Shown piece by piece: positions 11,816 through 23,578 of a stretch of DNA of 64,000 nucleotides (positions within the stretch are counted from its first letter, which is position 1; each line of letters starts with the position of its first letter). The position numbers were made by a program, and so were the translations under genes. Source of the DNA: Oikopleura dioica (lineage: Eukaryota > Animalia > Chordata); assembly GCA_907165135.1 (NCBI GenBank), contig OU015570.1, forward strand, positions 1,550,001 to 1,614,000, in the 5' to 3' direction. Under the pieces are notes generated by a model. It worked only from the letters and a program-made list of their open reading frames with translations, did not search any database and was not told the DNA's origin.

Positions 11816-12403
11816 TTATTGAAATTCGTAATGACTTGTGTTTCCGTTTTTAGCTCGCAAAAATGAAATAAGTTCCTCTTTAATAGTAGGTTGAGGCGCC
11901 GGCCCTTTCTTTTTGTTTGGAAGGGGCGCAAACTCCTTTGGTTTATCTTCCTGTCGAGGGGGAATTGGTCTTGGTGGTTTACTGTTATCAATAACTGTAA
12001 CTACCGAAGTTGTTTCAGAGACAAAGGAATGGCGAGACGTTGCATCAATCGGCGAGGCGTCGCTAGCGATTGATTGAACCGAAATGTAGGGTTTTGGAAC
12101 CCTCAGCAAATTTTCAAGCTGATGATTTTTCCGTCTCCACAAATTAAATACCGGAGATGAATCTCTTGAATACCAGTGGATGATTGGAACAAAATCATTT
12201 TCGCTTTTGAGGGATTCACAGAAATAATTGTAAATAGCACGAAAAATGGTTGGACAAGATTGTTTAAAAAGACTTATTTCAGAAGACGCATCACTAACAA
12301 GAAGATTTTTTGCAAGAAGAAGATGCAAGATGAAATCTTCTTCGTTCATGGATTTAAGGGTTTGAATAATCAAGTCATTTTTGACTCTATTTGGGTTGTC
12401 CAT
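11816..12403 (-). CDS. ORF-X, 195 aa accessory ORF directly after env; Pro/Lys-rich C-terminal half
   Basis: Uninterrupted ATG ORF starting 8 nt after the env stop, on the same strand. Confidence 0.6.
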   Translation of the reverse strand: MDNPNRVKNDLIIQTLKSMNEEDFILHLLLAKNLLVSDASSEISLFKQSCPTIFRAIYNYFCESLKSENDFVPIIHWYSRDSSPVFNLWRRKNHQLENLLRVPKPYISVQSIASDASPIDATSRHSFVSETTSVVTVIDNSKPPRPIPPRQEDKPKEFAPLPNKKKGPAPQPTIKEELISFLRAKNGNTSHYEFQ

Positions 12404-12411
12404 CGAAATAA

Positions 12412-15345
12412 TTATACTGCGTCTTCTGCAATCACACTTTTAAACGAAGGAAAACGCAAATTGCGATTGAATCTGTTTTGGGGAATTTCTGGTGGTTGTC
12501 GTCTAGAGCTTCTCGGTTGAGAGATAATGACTTGCTGTGCCCGTCGATTATAATCCTCAATTTCATCGCCAGATTGCAGGTATCGACGAAATCGAAATAA
12601 GGAAGGACAACAGCACTTGAAGCATTTCTTTGACAAAGTTGCGGAGTATTTTAGTAATCCTCCGATTATAACGAGTAAAATAATTCCGACGATTACCCAA
12701 ACAGCCATATTACTGAAAGGGCGAACGCTCGAAAGAGCGTTATCTACGGGACCATATCCCGTTTTTGCCTCAAATTGAAATTCTTTCGAAATCGACTCAA
12801 GATCTGTCTTGTTGACCATTTTTGTTACATCAAGTGATCGAAGCGTGTTTTCGAAATGATGTGCATTGACTACGAATGTCTTCGGATCGAAAGCCGAAAA
12901 ATTTTGGTCGACGATTTCATTGATTTCGCGACTCTTCCCCCTGATAGAAAATTGGGCATTATTACATGAGACGGTCAACAAATGGTCAATTCTGTTAAAG
13001 ACCGTTATGTTTGATTTATTATCTATCGTTTGTGAACCCATTGAGGTCGTGGGGATAATGGAAGTTGATTTTGAAGATCGAGCAATTGGAGTATGAAAAT
13101 GGCTAACAATCACAAAATTCTCATTATTGGCGAAGATGCAATCAAGATTTGAATGGATAATTTCATGTTCACACGCTTTCGCCTTTTCTTGGGACAGGAG
13201 CGATGCAGCACATGCGTCCATTACTCTGTTAAAAAAGAGATCATCTTCACTGCAGAATGTGGACTTGATGAGCAAGTTCGTGCGACAATTATCAATGCTG
13301 AAAGCTTTGTTAACCCTGTTAGAAAAAGCAATTTGTTTTGGAGTGAGTAGTTTCATATAATAGTACTCTCCGTTTCTTGTCCCGATTGGAACTGGAAGAC
13401 CAGTTATATCCAATGTTTGGGCAATCTCTTCCATTTTAGGGTTGTCAAACTTTAGTTCCAACAATATTGATAGTCGATGCTCATGGTCCAACTGTGGGCG
13501 GTATCTTACGGCTCTAACGGGAGTAATCTCCATGAAGTCCCGGCAAGCTGACTCGTATTCTGGATTTAGCAGCCTACAAGCGCCTATGACCGTTTCAATC
13601 GCTTTGTTGTTGGAAAATGAGGCTCTTGTCTTCAAATTCGCTATTTCCTGCATGATCGAATCCTTGAAATCTTTACACTCATCGTAGATTTGTTCTTTAA
13701 GTATTTGATCGGAGATAGCGCTGCTGGTTTTGCATTCCTTTGCGAGAGCCGCATTCACATCTGCATGTTCACGTTTGATTTGAACCTGGATTTTTGTAGC
13801 TCAGCGTTTGTGCGATCGCTCAACTTGGCCATAAGAAGCTCGTCATGAGCGATTTTGTTCTCAGTCTGCTTCCTATGGTGCAGCATTTCGACTTCGCTGG
13901 TTATACCGCCAATAACAGCTGTTGCTAGGCCGATCGCAAGAGCAACTGCTTGGCGTCTTTTTCGACAGTGTTTTCCTTGACAAGTTGTCGAGTCATCTGT
14001 CGAGTATTCCGTATAATCGCTTGACGTGTAGCTCTCGTCGAAGTAGTCTGATGACTCATCCGAGTAAGTGCTATAGTATTCATATTTGTCAGGAAATGGA
14101 GTTACTTCCAAATTATCACCGAGAGCTGTAGTTGCTTCCAGATTGTCTCCAAGAGCAGTAGTCGCTTCCAGATTATCGCCAAGAGCAGTAACGTAAGTTG
14201 TGGTTTCCACCTCGATTTTGGGGCTCGAGTGGAATCCATTACTTTACTTATCTTTTCCTGATGTCGAATTTTATCGGAGTGCTGTAACCGATGAAGACCG
14301 TTAACGCGAAAATTTGACCGAAAGGCTTTCCGGCGAGAGTTCGTGGAAGGGATTCCACCTGAATCATCCGTCGAGAAAAGACTTTCACGAAGTTCGATTT
14401 CTGCGTCTTCGATGGTTATGTTTTTGAACGCAACCACCTGGAACAGTTTAAAGTTGAGGCACTCCGACGCAACATTTCGGGCCTGCTGGCCGAATTGCCA
14501 TCTTTCATTTGTAATATCGTCAAAGTGAACATCAATGATGAAATTTTGCAGAGGTTTTGCATCATTTGGAACTGTAAATGAGCTGTTAATTTGGAGCTGT
14601 TTTTCAACTGTTTCTTGAAGTGCGCCTTTGATATTGAATAAAGTGTACGAATGACGCGAATCTGGGATGTCAAGAGCTGTGAAGTTTTGTGAATAAATTT
14701 CTGATTCGCTTTCTTTCGCGGCAGTCGCGTCAAACATGATATAGAAGTTGACATGACTGACCGAGTCTTTCGAAAATTGAAAGATGACTCCATCTACGTC
14801 TTGGTCCGCGAAAATGGAAAATTTGAAGGTATTCCATTTGGTGTCAAGCGCACAATTGTCTCCAAAGGACTCGAAGGTCTGCGAATTACCGTCGAGAACA
14901 TTATCTAATTGCCCGACTTCCGATTTTGTCGGTCCGCCAGTGTATGTGCCATAAACACTTGATAATGTCACTGGTTTATGAATAAGTGGTAGATTGAGTT
15001 TTCTGTGAATCTCGCTAAATTCACCTGGATGTAGCAGGGAGACATTCGTTTCGAGATTTATCCAGTCGACTATCAAAATATTGAGATAGTTTTTGGCTTG
15101 CAAATTCATGTCTTTTGCATCCTCATAACAAACGATGTCGTTCTGCTTACATTTGGCAAGTGGGGCGAAAATTCTATGTTGAGGGTTGTCTGCTGATCCG
15201 AATCAACATAGAACGTACTTTTAGTAGAGTTGAATAAAAATATTCCGAGTTTTTGAAGATCTGCAGTGCTTGTGTCAATGTTTCGTATGAAGAGCAGGAG
15301 AAGTTGTAGTAGTAGTGATGTTCTAATGACGTTTGCGCAGGTCAT
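12412..15345 (-). pseudogene. env: Env: class I fusion glycoprotein (paramyxovirus F-like layout), split by about 3 frameshifts
   Basis: Signal-like N-terminus (LLLQLLLLFI). Furin site RKRR at 13953-13964 is followed by the hydrophobic fusion peptide QAVALAIGLATAVIGGITS, heptad-like helices, a Cys-containing ectodomain with N-glycosylation sequons, a TM segment AVWVIVGIILLVIIGGLL and a Cys-rich tail. ORF pieces: 15106-15345, 14102-15109, 13755-14210, 12412-13758. Confidence 0.85.
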
Positions 15346-15396
15346 ATCGAGGAGATTCGTCTTGACTTAGTGGGGAATAATCTATTTCGAAAGGTG

Positions 15397-18300
15397 TTAT
15401 TGCTTTAGTGTCGATGGGAAATTCCGTGTTGTAGATTTCTTTTGAATCTTCGTCGATAAAAATATTTTCTTTTTCAATAAATATTCTCGATCCTTTTCAG
15501 TTAAGTCAAGTTTTATCAAAAACTTGCCCGATCGATTTAGTTTGTTTTTATCGAAAATGTGAGAAATACCAAAGGTATTACGTTTCCCAATCGTCTGGAT
15601 CTCGAATGGTCCTCTGTTAAAGCATCCATGGCCAATCGCTGGCGTTGGATCTCGAATCATAACAAAATCGCCCTTTTTCAGGGTCCCTTCCGTAACATTT
15701 GATTCAAGGAAGAATCTTGATAGACTCTTTTCCGCTTGATCAGTATGCAAAGATTTTATATATTGCATATGAGTCTCGTAGACCTCTAGATTATTCTCAT
15801 CGTTATTCTCTTTTGGCATTTCCACACTTAAATTCGAGAAGTAACTCGGAGGCGCTTTGTTGTACAACACCCCAAGGGAGTTCTGCCAAAGAGTCCACTG
15901 CTTGGGCGCATGTTGTAGACGTAAGTCGCAAGCATAAATTTGTGGACGATGTTTGATGGTTTTGGGTCATATGATTCAAGAATTGTGCGAATCTCAGGAT
16001 GTGAGCGTCTACCCTGTTCGCTTGACATTTTCGGGGAGAAATTCTGCTATGACTGACTGCTAATGATGTAAGAAGAGTCATGACTTCTTCTTGGAATTCA
16101 GGGCCACTGTCTAGAATCATGTGGCAATTCCCAATCGCGCCTGCTTCATAGATGAGTTCAGTGAGAGCGGGGCAGATATGGGGTGCTTTGAGTGACCGGA
16201 CATGTCTTGCTGTTAGCCGACGGCTAAATCCGTCTAGGAATGTTAAAAAATAAAATTTCTTTCCTTCGCAGACATAGTGCATCGTGTCAGCATAAACAGC
16301 CGAGTATGGACGTAATGTCGGCTCGAGCTTCTGCTTGACGTCCGCAGTCTTGTAGCGACGGTGAATATGATTGCATCTGAGGCAACTTTTAACACATGCT
16401 TTGACATGTTTTCCCTTTTGCTTAAAAGAAAATGTTCATTCTTATTAAGGTGCTGGAGAAAGGGTTTTTCTCCGATGTGAAACAGAGCTTGATGAAAATA
16501 ATTGATGATGTCTATGGTAAGGCTTTCCGGCAGGGGTCTGGATTCGCTTTGCGAATTCGCTCATGAGCGAAGCGAAGCGAATTCACTTCGCTTCGCTTTC
16601 GCTTTTGTAATTTCAATTCGCTTCGCTTCGCTTTCGCTTTTTACCAAAAATTTTCGCGAAAATTTCGCTCAAAAGATAATTTAAATTGATTGATCTTATA
16701 ATTTTATATATTGGCCTCCCCACAATCAATCCTGACATCACCATCTTCAATCCCGGCTTCAAAAACTTCGATCCTTGCTTTTCAGAAGTCGATCCTGGTT
16801 GGTTAAATATCAATCTTGGCATCTCCAGCATCGATCCCAGCTTCACATCAATCCCGGCAACACCGATCCGGGCGTCACTAATTTCAATCCTAGCCTCTCA
16901 GTCGTCAGTTCCGGCTTCTCAATTGTCGATCGTGGCTTTTTCAAGATTAGATTGACATTGGAGAAGCCACGATTGACGTTGGAGAAGTCGTAATTGACGT
17001 CGATAAACCCGGGATTGAGAATGGAAAAGCCATGATTGAAGTCGGTAAAGCCATAATTGAAAATGTTGAAAGCAGACTTGACGATTGATAGGCCATCATT
17101 GATAAAATATTAATGATATTGAAGAAGACATTATTGAAATATGTGAAGCCATGATTGGCATTGATGAAGTCAAGATTGACGTTTGAGAAGCCAAACAATG
17201 TTTAATTATCAATCTATATAAATTTATTCACATCGCTGTTTGCCCAAGATCTCCGTTTCCCATAGTAAGGTAAACGACGATTTTGGGAGACGGCGACTTG
17301 GGTAAACGGCGACGCGGGCAAACTGAGACCACCGTCCAAAAAGTAATAAAAATGAAACCATACTTGAAATGGACACTTTCTCAAAGGTTAAATATTTCCG
17401 GAAAATTTTCGCTTTTTTCGCTTTTTAGAAAAATTTTAAGCTTCGCTTCGCTTTCGCTCACGAAATTTTGATTCGCTTCGCTTCGCTTTCGCTAAAAATT
17501 TTTGAAAAATTTTCGCTTTCGTTTCGCTTTCGCCTTTCATTTTCGGCCAAAATCCAGACCCCTGTTTCCGGAATAACAACAAGTTTTTGTTACGGACCTT
17601 CTTATAGACAAGATCATTGAGCAAAAAATAATCGTTGTTTTTAGACTTGTTTTGCTCAATATTTTCTCGAATCCCAGATATTTCAGTGCACTTTTTCTGG
17701 GCATCGATGATAGCTCTGACATCGACTTTTGGTCTTGGAATCTGAAGCTTTAAGTTGTTCAGATGGTCACTCGATGAATTCTCTTTGGTCCTCTTTGGAC
17801 AGAGAATTGAGGGATGGAAAACAGCTTTGTGGTCAATTTCAAAGATTGGATGTCGTGACAGATTAATACAAATTTTAATGATATCACTCGTGTTAGGTAG
17901 GTAGATAACTCTAGCACGAGAAAATTCCATGACAGAGCTGTAAGCTCGTCTTGCTCTTGTCCCGCTGCTTGGTTTAAGACTTGGTTTGCAGTGGAGATCT
18001 TCAAGTGACTTATGGTCAACTATGAAGATGAGCCTAGCATCCTTCGGAAGAAGGTCTTTGAATGAGTTGATGCCATGCATAAGGCCCACAAGTTCCCTTG
18101 CCCTTGCGGACAAGAATGTCTCGGGCTCTTCAAGAGCTTTTGACGAATATCCACAAACGCGAACGTTGCTGATTTCGTCATTGTCCAGCGTAAGGTTGCC
18201 AATAATTGCACCTGTCTGGAATTGACTTGTGTCGAGGCGACGAAAATGTGTTCATTTTCTTGCTCATCTGAAGGATAAACGAGATGACACACACCAATTC

Positions 18301-20187
18301 CGTTCTTGATGTGTGATTTAAGAATTTCGATATTGTCCTTCATGACTTCGGTCAGTTTAAATTGTCGCCCTTGAGAAATTGCCTTTGCAATTGGGGAGAG
18401 AAGTGCGGATAGTTTTGGGATGAGTCTACGATAATAATTAAGACATCCATTAAAACTCATCGCTTGTTTGGCTGTTTCTGGATTTTTAAAATTCAGAAGC
18501 GCCTCGACTTTGGCTTCTGGAGCTTTTATCCCTGACTCATCGATAACAAACCCGAGAAATTTCACGGATTTCTTAAAAATTCGCATTTCGCCAGGAAACT
18601 ACGACGTTGAAGTCCTTTAGTCTCCTGAATATAGTTTCCAAAGTGCGAAGATGATTTCTTTCTGTCGAAACTACCAAGAAATCATCCTGATAATTGAAAC
18701 AGAAGAAACTTTCCTCGTTACCTTCATTCTCGTACAAAATTTTATTTGCAAAAGCTTGAAAGGTGGAGGGCGCTGATGCCAACCCTTGGCACATCTTTCG
18801 ATATTGGAGCTGTTTGTCTCCAAAGATAAAGGCTGTATACTCTCGATGCTTTTCACGAATCGCAAGAATATAGAAAGCATTTGCCAAATCAAGGTTGCAA
18901 AATACAATTTTATCCTTGGGAAATCTTTCTTACAGCTTTGTGATGGCCGTTGACAATTTTGCCAAAAGGGTTCGAATGGGAAGAGTGGGGAATCTTGGAA
19001 GGATCAATCTCGAGTTAATCGAATTTTCACCTCCCTCAGAATAATTATTCACTACTCTTAATTTCCCTGATTTCTTTACCACCGTCAGTAAAGGGCTGTT
19101 AAACCCACTAACGGTTGGTTCAAGAATTCCACTTTCTACCATTACCTTGAGCTTCTCTTCCACTGGCTCAATTTTGTGGGCATCAATCGGATAAGGCCGA
19201 TGATAGACAGGAGTTATGTCTTTGAGCTTTATCTCACATAGATAATGCTTGGACAGACCTGTGTCTGATGCCGACCTTGACCAGTTCCAGCTATATTGGT
19301 CAAGGAGTTGGCGGAGACCTTTAACGTATTGAATCGGCGCGGTATTTGCGACCATTTCAATGTCGGAACTCATATCTATGTCCGCGACTAGAAGGTCTCG
19401 CCGCTTTTTCCATTTAGCAAACTCACTTTCATGAGTTTTTCTTTCACGCAGTGGTAAATCAGCTTTCTTTACCAAAAATTTAAGACCTGCTGAGGCATTT
19501 CCTCAGCTAAATCTGCAATAGCAGCTCCCTTTTAATAGCAACTGTATGATCATTATGGTTGCTGACCGACAATTGATCATGATTGCCGGTTAAAGTATAT
19601 GTCTGTAGCGCCAAATTTCTTTCAATGAGCCCTTCGGACCCGATAAGATTTAACTCTAACGGCGCTTTATGTGTTTCGGTTCTAACTACTCGAATAAATT
19701 TGGTTTCATTTGGCCCAATAAAGCTAGTTTCCCTAGCGACTAGCGCAGACTTTTCCGTTCGTTTAACGACCTCTTCAACCTCCTCATTAAGGCACTTAAT
19801 TTTCATTCGATTCAGAAGGAGAGGACTGTTTGTCGGTCCATTGAGGTTCAATTTAAAACGTTTCAAGACGTTGTATCCGAGAACAGCATTAAAATCGATT
19901 CGATTCTGCTTCGGAATGACCAACATCTCAATATCCGGAATAATTTTATTGTCAATTTTGATAGAACATGACAATTTCTCCGTTATACTACACATGCTGC
20001 TCCCGAAGGCGTTGGTGAGTGCAACCGAAACCTTTGAAGTTTTAAAATTGGTTGGGACCATGTTCCTACGGATAAAGCTCGAACTGGCCCCAGTGTCCAA
20101 TAACACGTTCTTGACCTCATAAGTGAGAATGTGGTCGTTGTCGTACTGGACGATTTCAATTTCGGAAACAGGCAGATCATGTCCCAT
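15397..20187 (-). pseudogene. pol: Pol (protease, RT, RNase H, integrase), frameshifted and interrupted by a MITE
   Basis: Protease VLLDTGASS. RT PVYHRPYP, FNSPLLTVVKKSGKLRVV, LDLANAFY and YQDD. RNase H LIFIVDHKSL. Integrase HHCC (YFHQALFHIG...CLRC) and core FLDGFSR/LDSGPEF, restored when 16531-17564 is removed. Confidence 0.9.
16531..17564. mobile_element. 1034-bp non-autonomous TIR element inserted in the integrase of element A
   Basis: Perfect 14-bp TIR caggggtctggatt/aatccagacccctg and 7-bp duplication tttccgg (16524-16530, 17565-17571). Subterminal ttcgcttcgctttcgc arrays. Excision restores the integrase frame (LLIPESLTIDIINYFHQ). Confidence 0.9.
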
Positions 20188-20289
20188 GGCTTTTTATGGG
20201 AATTCAAAATAACAAAACGTAAAAATATTTACAGGAAAAATATTGGCAGAAAAAAAAATTTTTTAAAAAAACGAGAGAAAGAAAAGAAA

Positions 20290-21714
20290 CGCGAAAAGAT
20301 CATGAATGATGATCATTTTACGGCTAAAAACACTTGGGCACTCGTTGGCATAGTGGGCCTTACCCCCACATTTCTTACAAACAACGTGAGCCTTAGATTT
20401 TTTGTTACCTTTATCGCCATCTTTCTTTTTATTTCCGCCTTTTTCATCTTTTCCTTGATTTTTGTTTTTGTCCCCGTTATTTCTGGTATCACTTTTTTTA
20501 TTATACCATTTTTTCCCCTTATTCCCTTTTTTATTTCCTCCACTACCCTTTTTCTTGCCAGAATTAAGACTTTGATTTTTACCGTAAGCATTCAGCGATT
20601 CCTTCTCGGAGTCTGCTGATTTGCAATTACCTTTTATGGGAAATCTGGTTCAAATCTGCTGGCGCTATAGCCGTAGCATATAAATCGTCGAGGAGAGAGA
20701 TCTGCTCATCTCTTGATCGATTGGCAGCCGTTCTAAACATTGCTTCCTTTGTCAGGTAATTCGGCAATTTGCCTTTAAAAGCTTCCCATGCCAAGGCTTC
20801 GATGACCTCATTAGGCTTTTCTGAATGAGCTTCTTCAGTTAAGCTTCTGACCTGTTAAAAGAAAGACCTCATATCGGTCGGCTTTCCGAATTTAAGGTCA
20901 TTAAGGTTTTTCAGGGCGACCGCTTTGTTTTTCCTATACCTCTTTTTCAGAAGGTCAAGGAATTTCTCGAAATTCCTCTGGTCTTTTCAGGCAAATTAGC
21001 AAAATCAGTATTGAGAGAAATTTGGTCGGCAGCAGTTAACGCCTTTATTAAACTTTCGATCTTCAGATTAAGATCGGTCACCCATTGCCGTTCCAATTGA
21101 TTAGTGGCAAGTTTTATCCAATTGAGGATGGGGAGTGATCTGTTATATTGGCAAATTGTCACCTTTGTTGGTTTTGACAATGAAAAGGAGTTCATATCAT
21201 GTAAGGTCGCTTTTGGGAGCGATTCTTCTTTATTTTTGCGCTCCTTCGCAAGAAGATCCTCTTCGATCTTAATATCATCGAAATTAAATGCTTCCGAATT
21301 TTCCTCCATGTCTAGCAGGGCTTTAAAGCTCGGAGTTTTCTCAGCAAGTTTATGCGCGGTATCGAGAGTTTTGAAAGATTCTAATAAGGGTGAATTGACG
21401 CTAACGATGGTTTGAAGGCCTTCTTCAGATAAACTATTGAAGCTGTAAATAAGGCGATTATAACCAACGACTTGCTTCGAACAACTCTCCCAGAATTGTA
21501 AGGGATAAAGATAATATCCTCCGTTCTCGCTTAGAATTTGGACGTGAACGTAATTAATTGGCTTTTTGAGTATTTGATTAAGAAGCGTTGTTTTGTCAGA
21601 ATTATTATCCTGTTTAAAAAGCAAAATAGTCCACGCTCGGAGGTAATTAATTTTAATGCTCGAATTTACTCTAATAAAGTGACTTTTTGTTAGATCCAAA
21701 TTATTAATTCCCAT
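20290..21714 (-). pseudogene. gag: Gag of element A with CCHC zinc knuckle, frameshifted
   Basis: 255-aa ORF 20947-21714, then (in other frames) a G/K/N-rich nucleocapsid region and CKKCGGKAHYANEC (C-x2-C-x4-H-x4-C) near 20335-20380, directly upstream of the protease. Confidence 0.8.
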
Positions 21715-22505
21715 TCCTAAATGTCCATTGTAATCGTGCAGGTGATCGATGAAATTTCAAAGAATCAACTGAATCCTTAGTTACCAAAAGAGGAAACCAC
21801 TCAGACAACGAAAGAGAAAAATAAATTTCTGACGCTTCAGCAAAATTCAAAACCGCTCCGACAAGCTACGAAATTGCTCGTTAGGTGGCGCTTATTCGCA
21901 AAAGGGGCGCTGGATTTTGGGTAAATCGAAATCTCGCTAGACTTGTTTTTGCTCTCAAGCGGACCAATCAGCGCGCTCCAACGCGCTCGCTGCAACTTTT
22001 CTCTCGCGCCGCTTGGCGGCGCGCTTCTCTAAAACCGGTTCTCAATTTTAGAGCTACCGTTCGAATAACTCGTAAAAAAGAAAATTAACTCACTTTAAGC
22101 CTACCGGGGTACTGACTATTTTATTCTACCCTTCGGCTAACCAGAGCTTTGAGACCCGCGAAGGAGTTCTCCGTTTTTGGCTTGATTTTTATACTTCGCT
22201 TCCAAAACTATTGAAAGCGGTTTTCGCGGTGGCCTTCCGCTGCTTGGGGAAATGGAAAAGGTTCTAATTAGCTATTTAAAATCACTCCGTGAATTTAATA
22301 GCTCTCCAATTAAGGGGGGGAACACCTTTTATTTCTGAAAAAGATCCTTGACACAGGCAAGGAAAATAAAAGTTTTTCAGAAAATTTTTCGCCTTTTTTT
22401 ACGTAAATTTGATTGAAAAACTTACGGAGTCCAAAGCAGGTGGCGGCGGCGGCTTGTTCTTCTTCTTCTTCGGGGGGAGTTCTGTCTTCTTCACCAGTAT
22501 AAAAC

Positions 22506-22935
22506 TGATGGATGCTCTGCCGAATTGCCTGCTTCTCTTGCTAATAAATACAAGTCCTCTTTTCAATAGAGACTTTATTATGAGACTGAGCAACTGCAGC
22601 CGAACTGCTTCTTTTATAGTGCACGGAGCTATTCTGCGGTTAAGCCGTAAAGAGCGCGGGCTTACCGCGTAACTAGGGCCTCGCGGTCCCTAATTACTCA
22701 GAAGTTCGCCGTCACACGGGGGTTAGTTTTTCCATAAGAGCAGATGGCACGAATTGACGGGGCAGGCAGCTTACTTGGGCTCCGGTATCGAGTTGAAAGA
22801 GTATGTTTTGGCCGAACAGTTGGCCAAAGATATTGAGTTTGGGACCGATTCTTGGGTTGACGGTTGAAACGCCGGCGCGGGTCTTATATGACGCATTATA
22901 AGACCCATTCGTTAGTTTTTTGACTTCTTCTGGGG
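22506..22935 (-). mobile_element. Probable 5' LTR of element A (boundaries approximate)
   Basis: The minus strand shows tataaaag, aataaagtc and tatttatt, then ...catcca/tca followed by TGGTG (PBS-like, 22492-22496), upstream of gag. Confidence 0.55.
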
Positions 22936-22938
22936 ACT

Positions 22939-23426
22939 CCTTCGGACCCGATAAGATTTAACTCTAACGGCGCTTTATGTGTTTCGGTTCTAACTACTCG
23001 AATAAATTTGGTTTCATTTGGCCCAATAATGCTAGTTTCCCTAGCGACTAGCGCAGACTTTTCCGTTCGTTTAACGACCTCTTCAACCTCCTCATTAAGG
23101 CACTTAATTTTCATTCGATTCAGAAGGAGAGGACTGTTTGTCGGTCCATTGAGGTTCAATTTAAAACGTTTCAAGACGTTGTATCCGAGAACAGCATTAA
23201 AATCGATTCGATTCTGCTTCGGAATGACCAACATCTCAACATCCGGAATAATTTTATTGTCAATTTTGATAGAACATGACAATTTCTCCGTTATACTACA
23301 CATGCTGCTCCCGAAGGCGTTGGTGAGTGCAACCGAAACCTTTGAAGTTTTAAAATTTGTTGGGACCATGTTCCTACGGATAAAGCTCGAACTGGCCCCA
23401 GTGTCCAATAACACGTTCTTGACCTC
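22939..23426 (-). repeat. 488-bp near-identical duplicate of the element A protease region (19631-20118)
   Basis: Direct alignment by eye shows 3 substitutions. The ORF 22896-23414 repeats LLDTGASSSFIRRN...LIGSEG and then diverges. Confidence 0.9.
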
Positions 23427-23487
23427 TTGTGGTGTTTTATATTGGATCTATCCTTTCAGTAGTGAGCTGGAGCTCAACTGGAGGTCA

Positions 23488-23578
23488 ACCGGAAGTGAAC
23501 CGGAAGTGACCGGAAATGAACCGGAAGTGATTGGAAACACTTGAAAGTGAACCGGAAGTGACCGGAAGTGACCGGAAA
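23488..23578. repeat. Tandem accggaagtg(a) repeats
   Basis: About 6-7 copies of accggaa(g/a)tg visible. Confidence 0.8.

Larger units (their letters stand above)
11816..22935 (-). mobile_element. Element A: Ty3/gypsy (Tor-like) LTR retroelement with env and an extra 3' ORF; 3' LTR not found
   Basis: Collinear LTR-like segment (about 22506-22935), gag with CCHC knuckle, PR, RT, RNase H, integrase, env and ORF-X, all on the minus strand. Confidence 0.85.

Noticed and set aside
19583-20619. Plus-strand ORFs 19583-20122, 20131-20619 and 23008-23544
   Set aside because: Antisense shadows of gag/protease. The hydrophobic look comes from the complement of a Lys/Gly/Asn-rich region.
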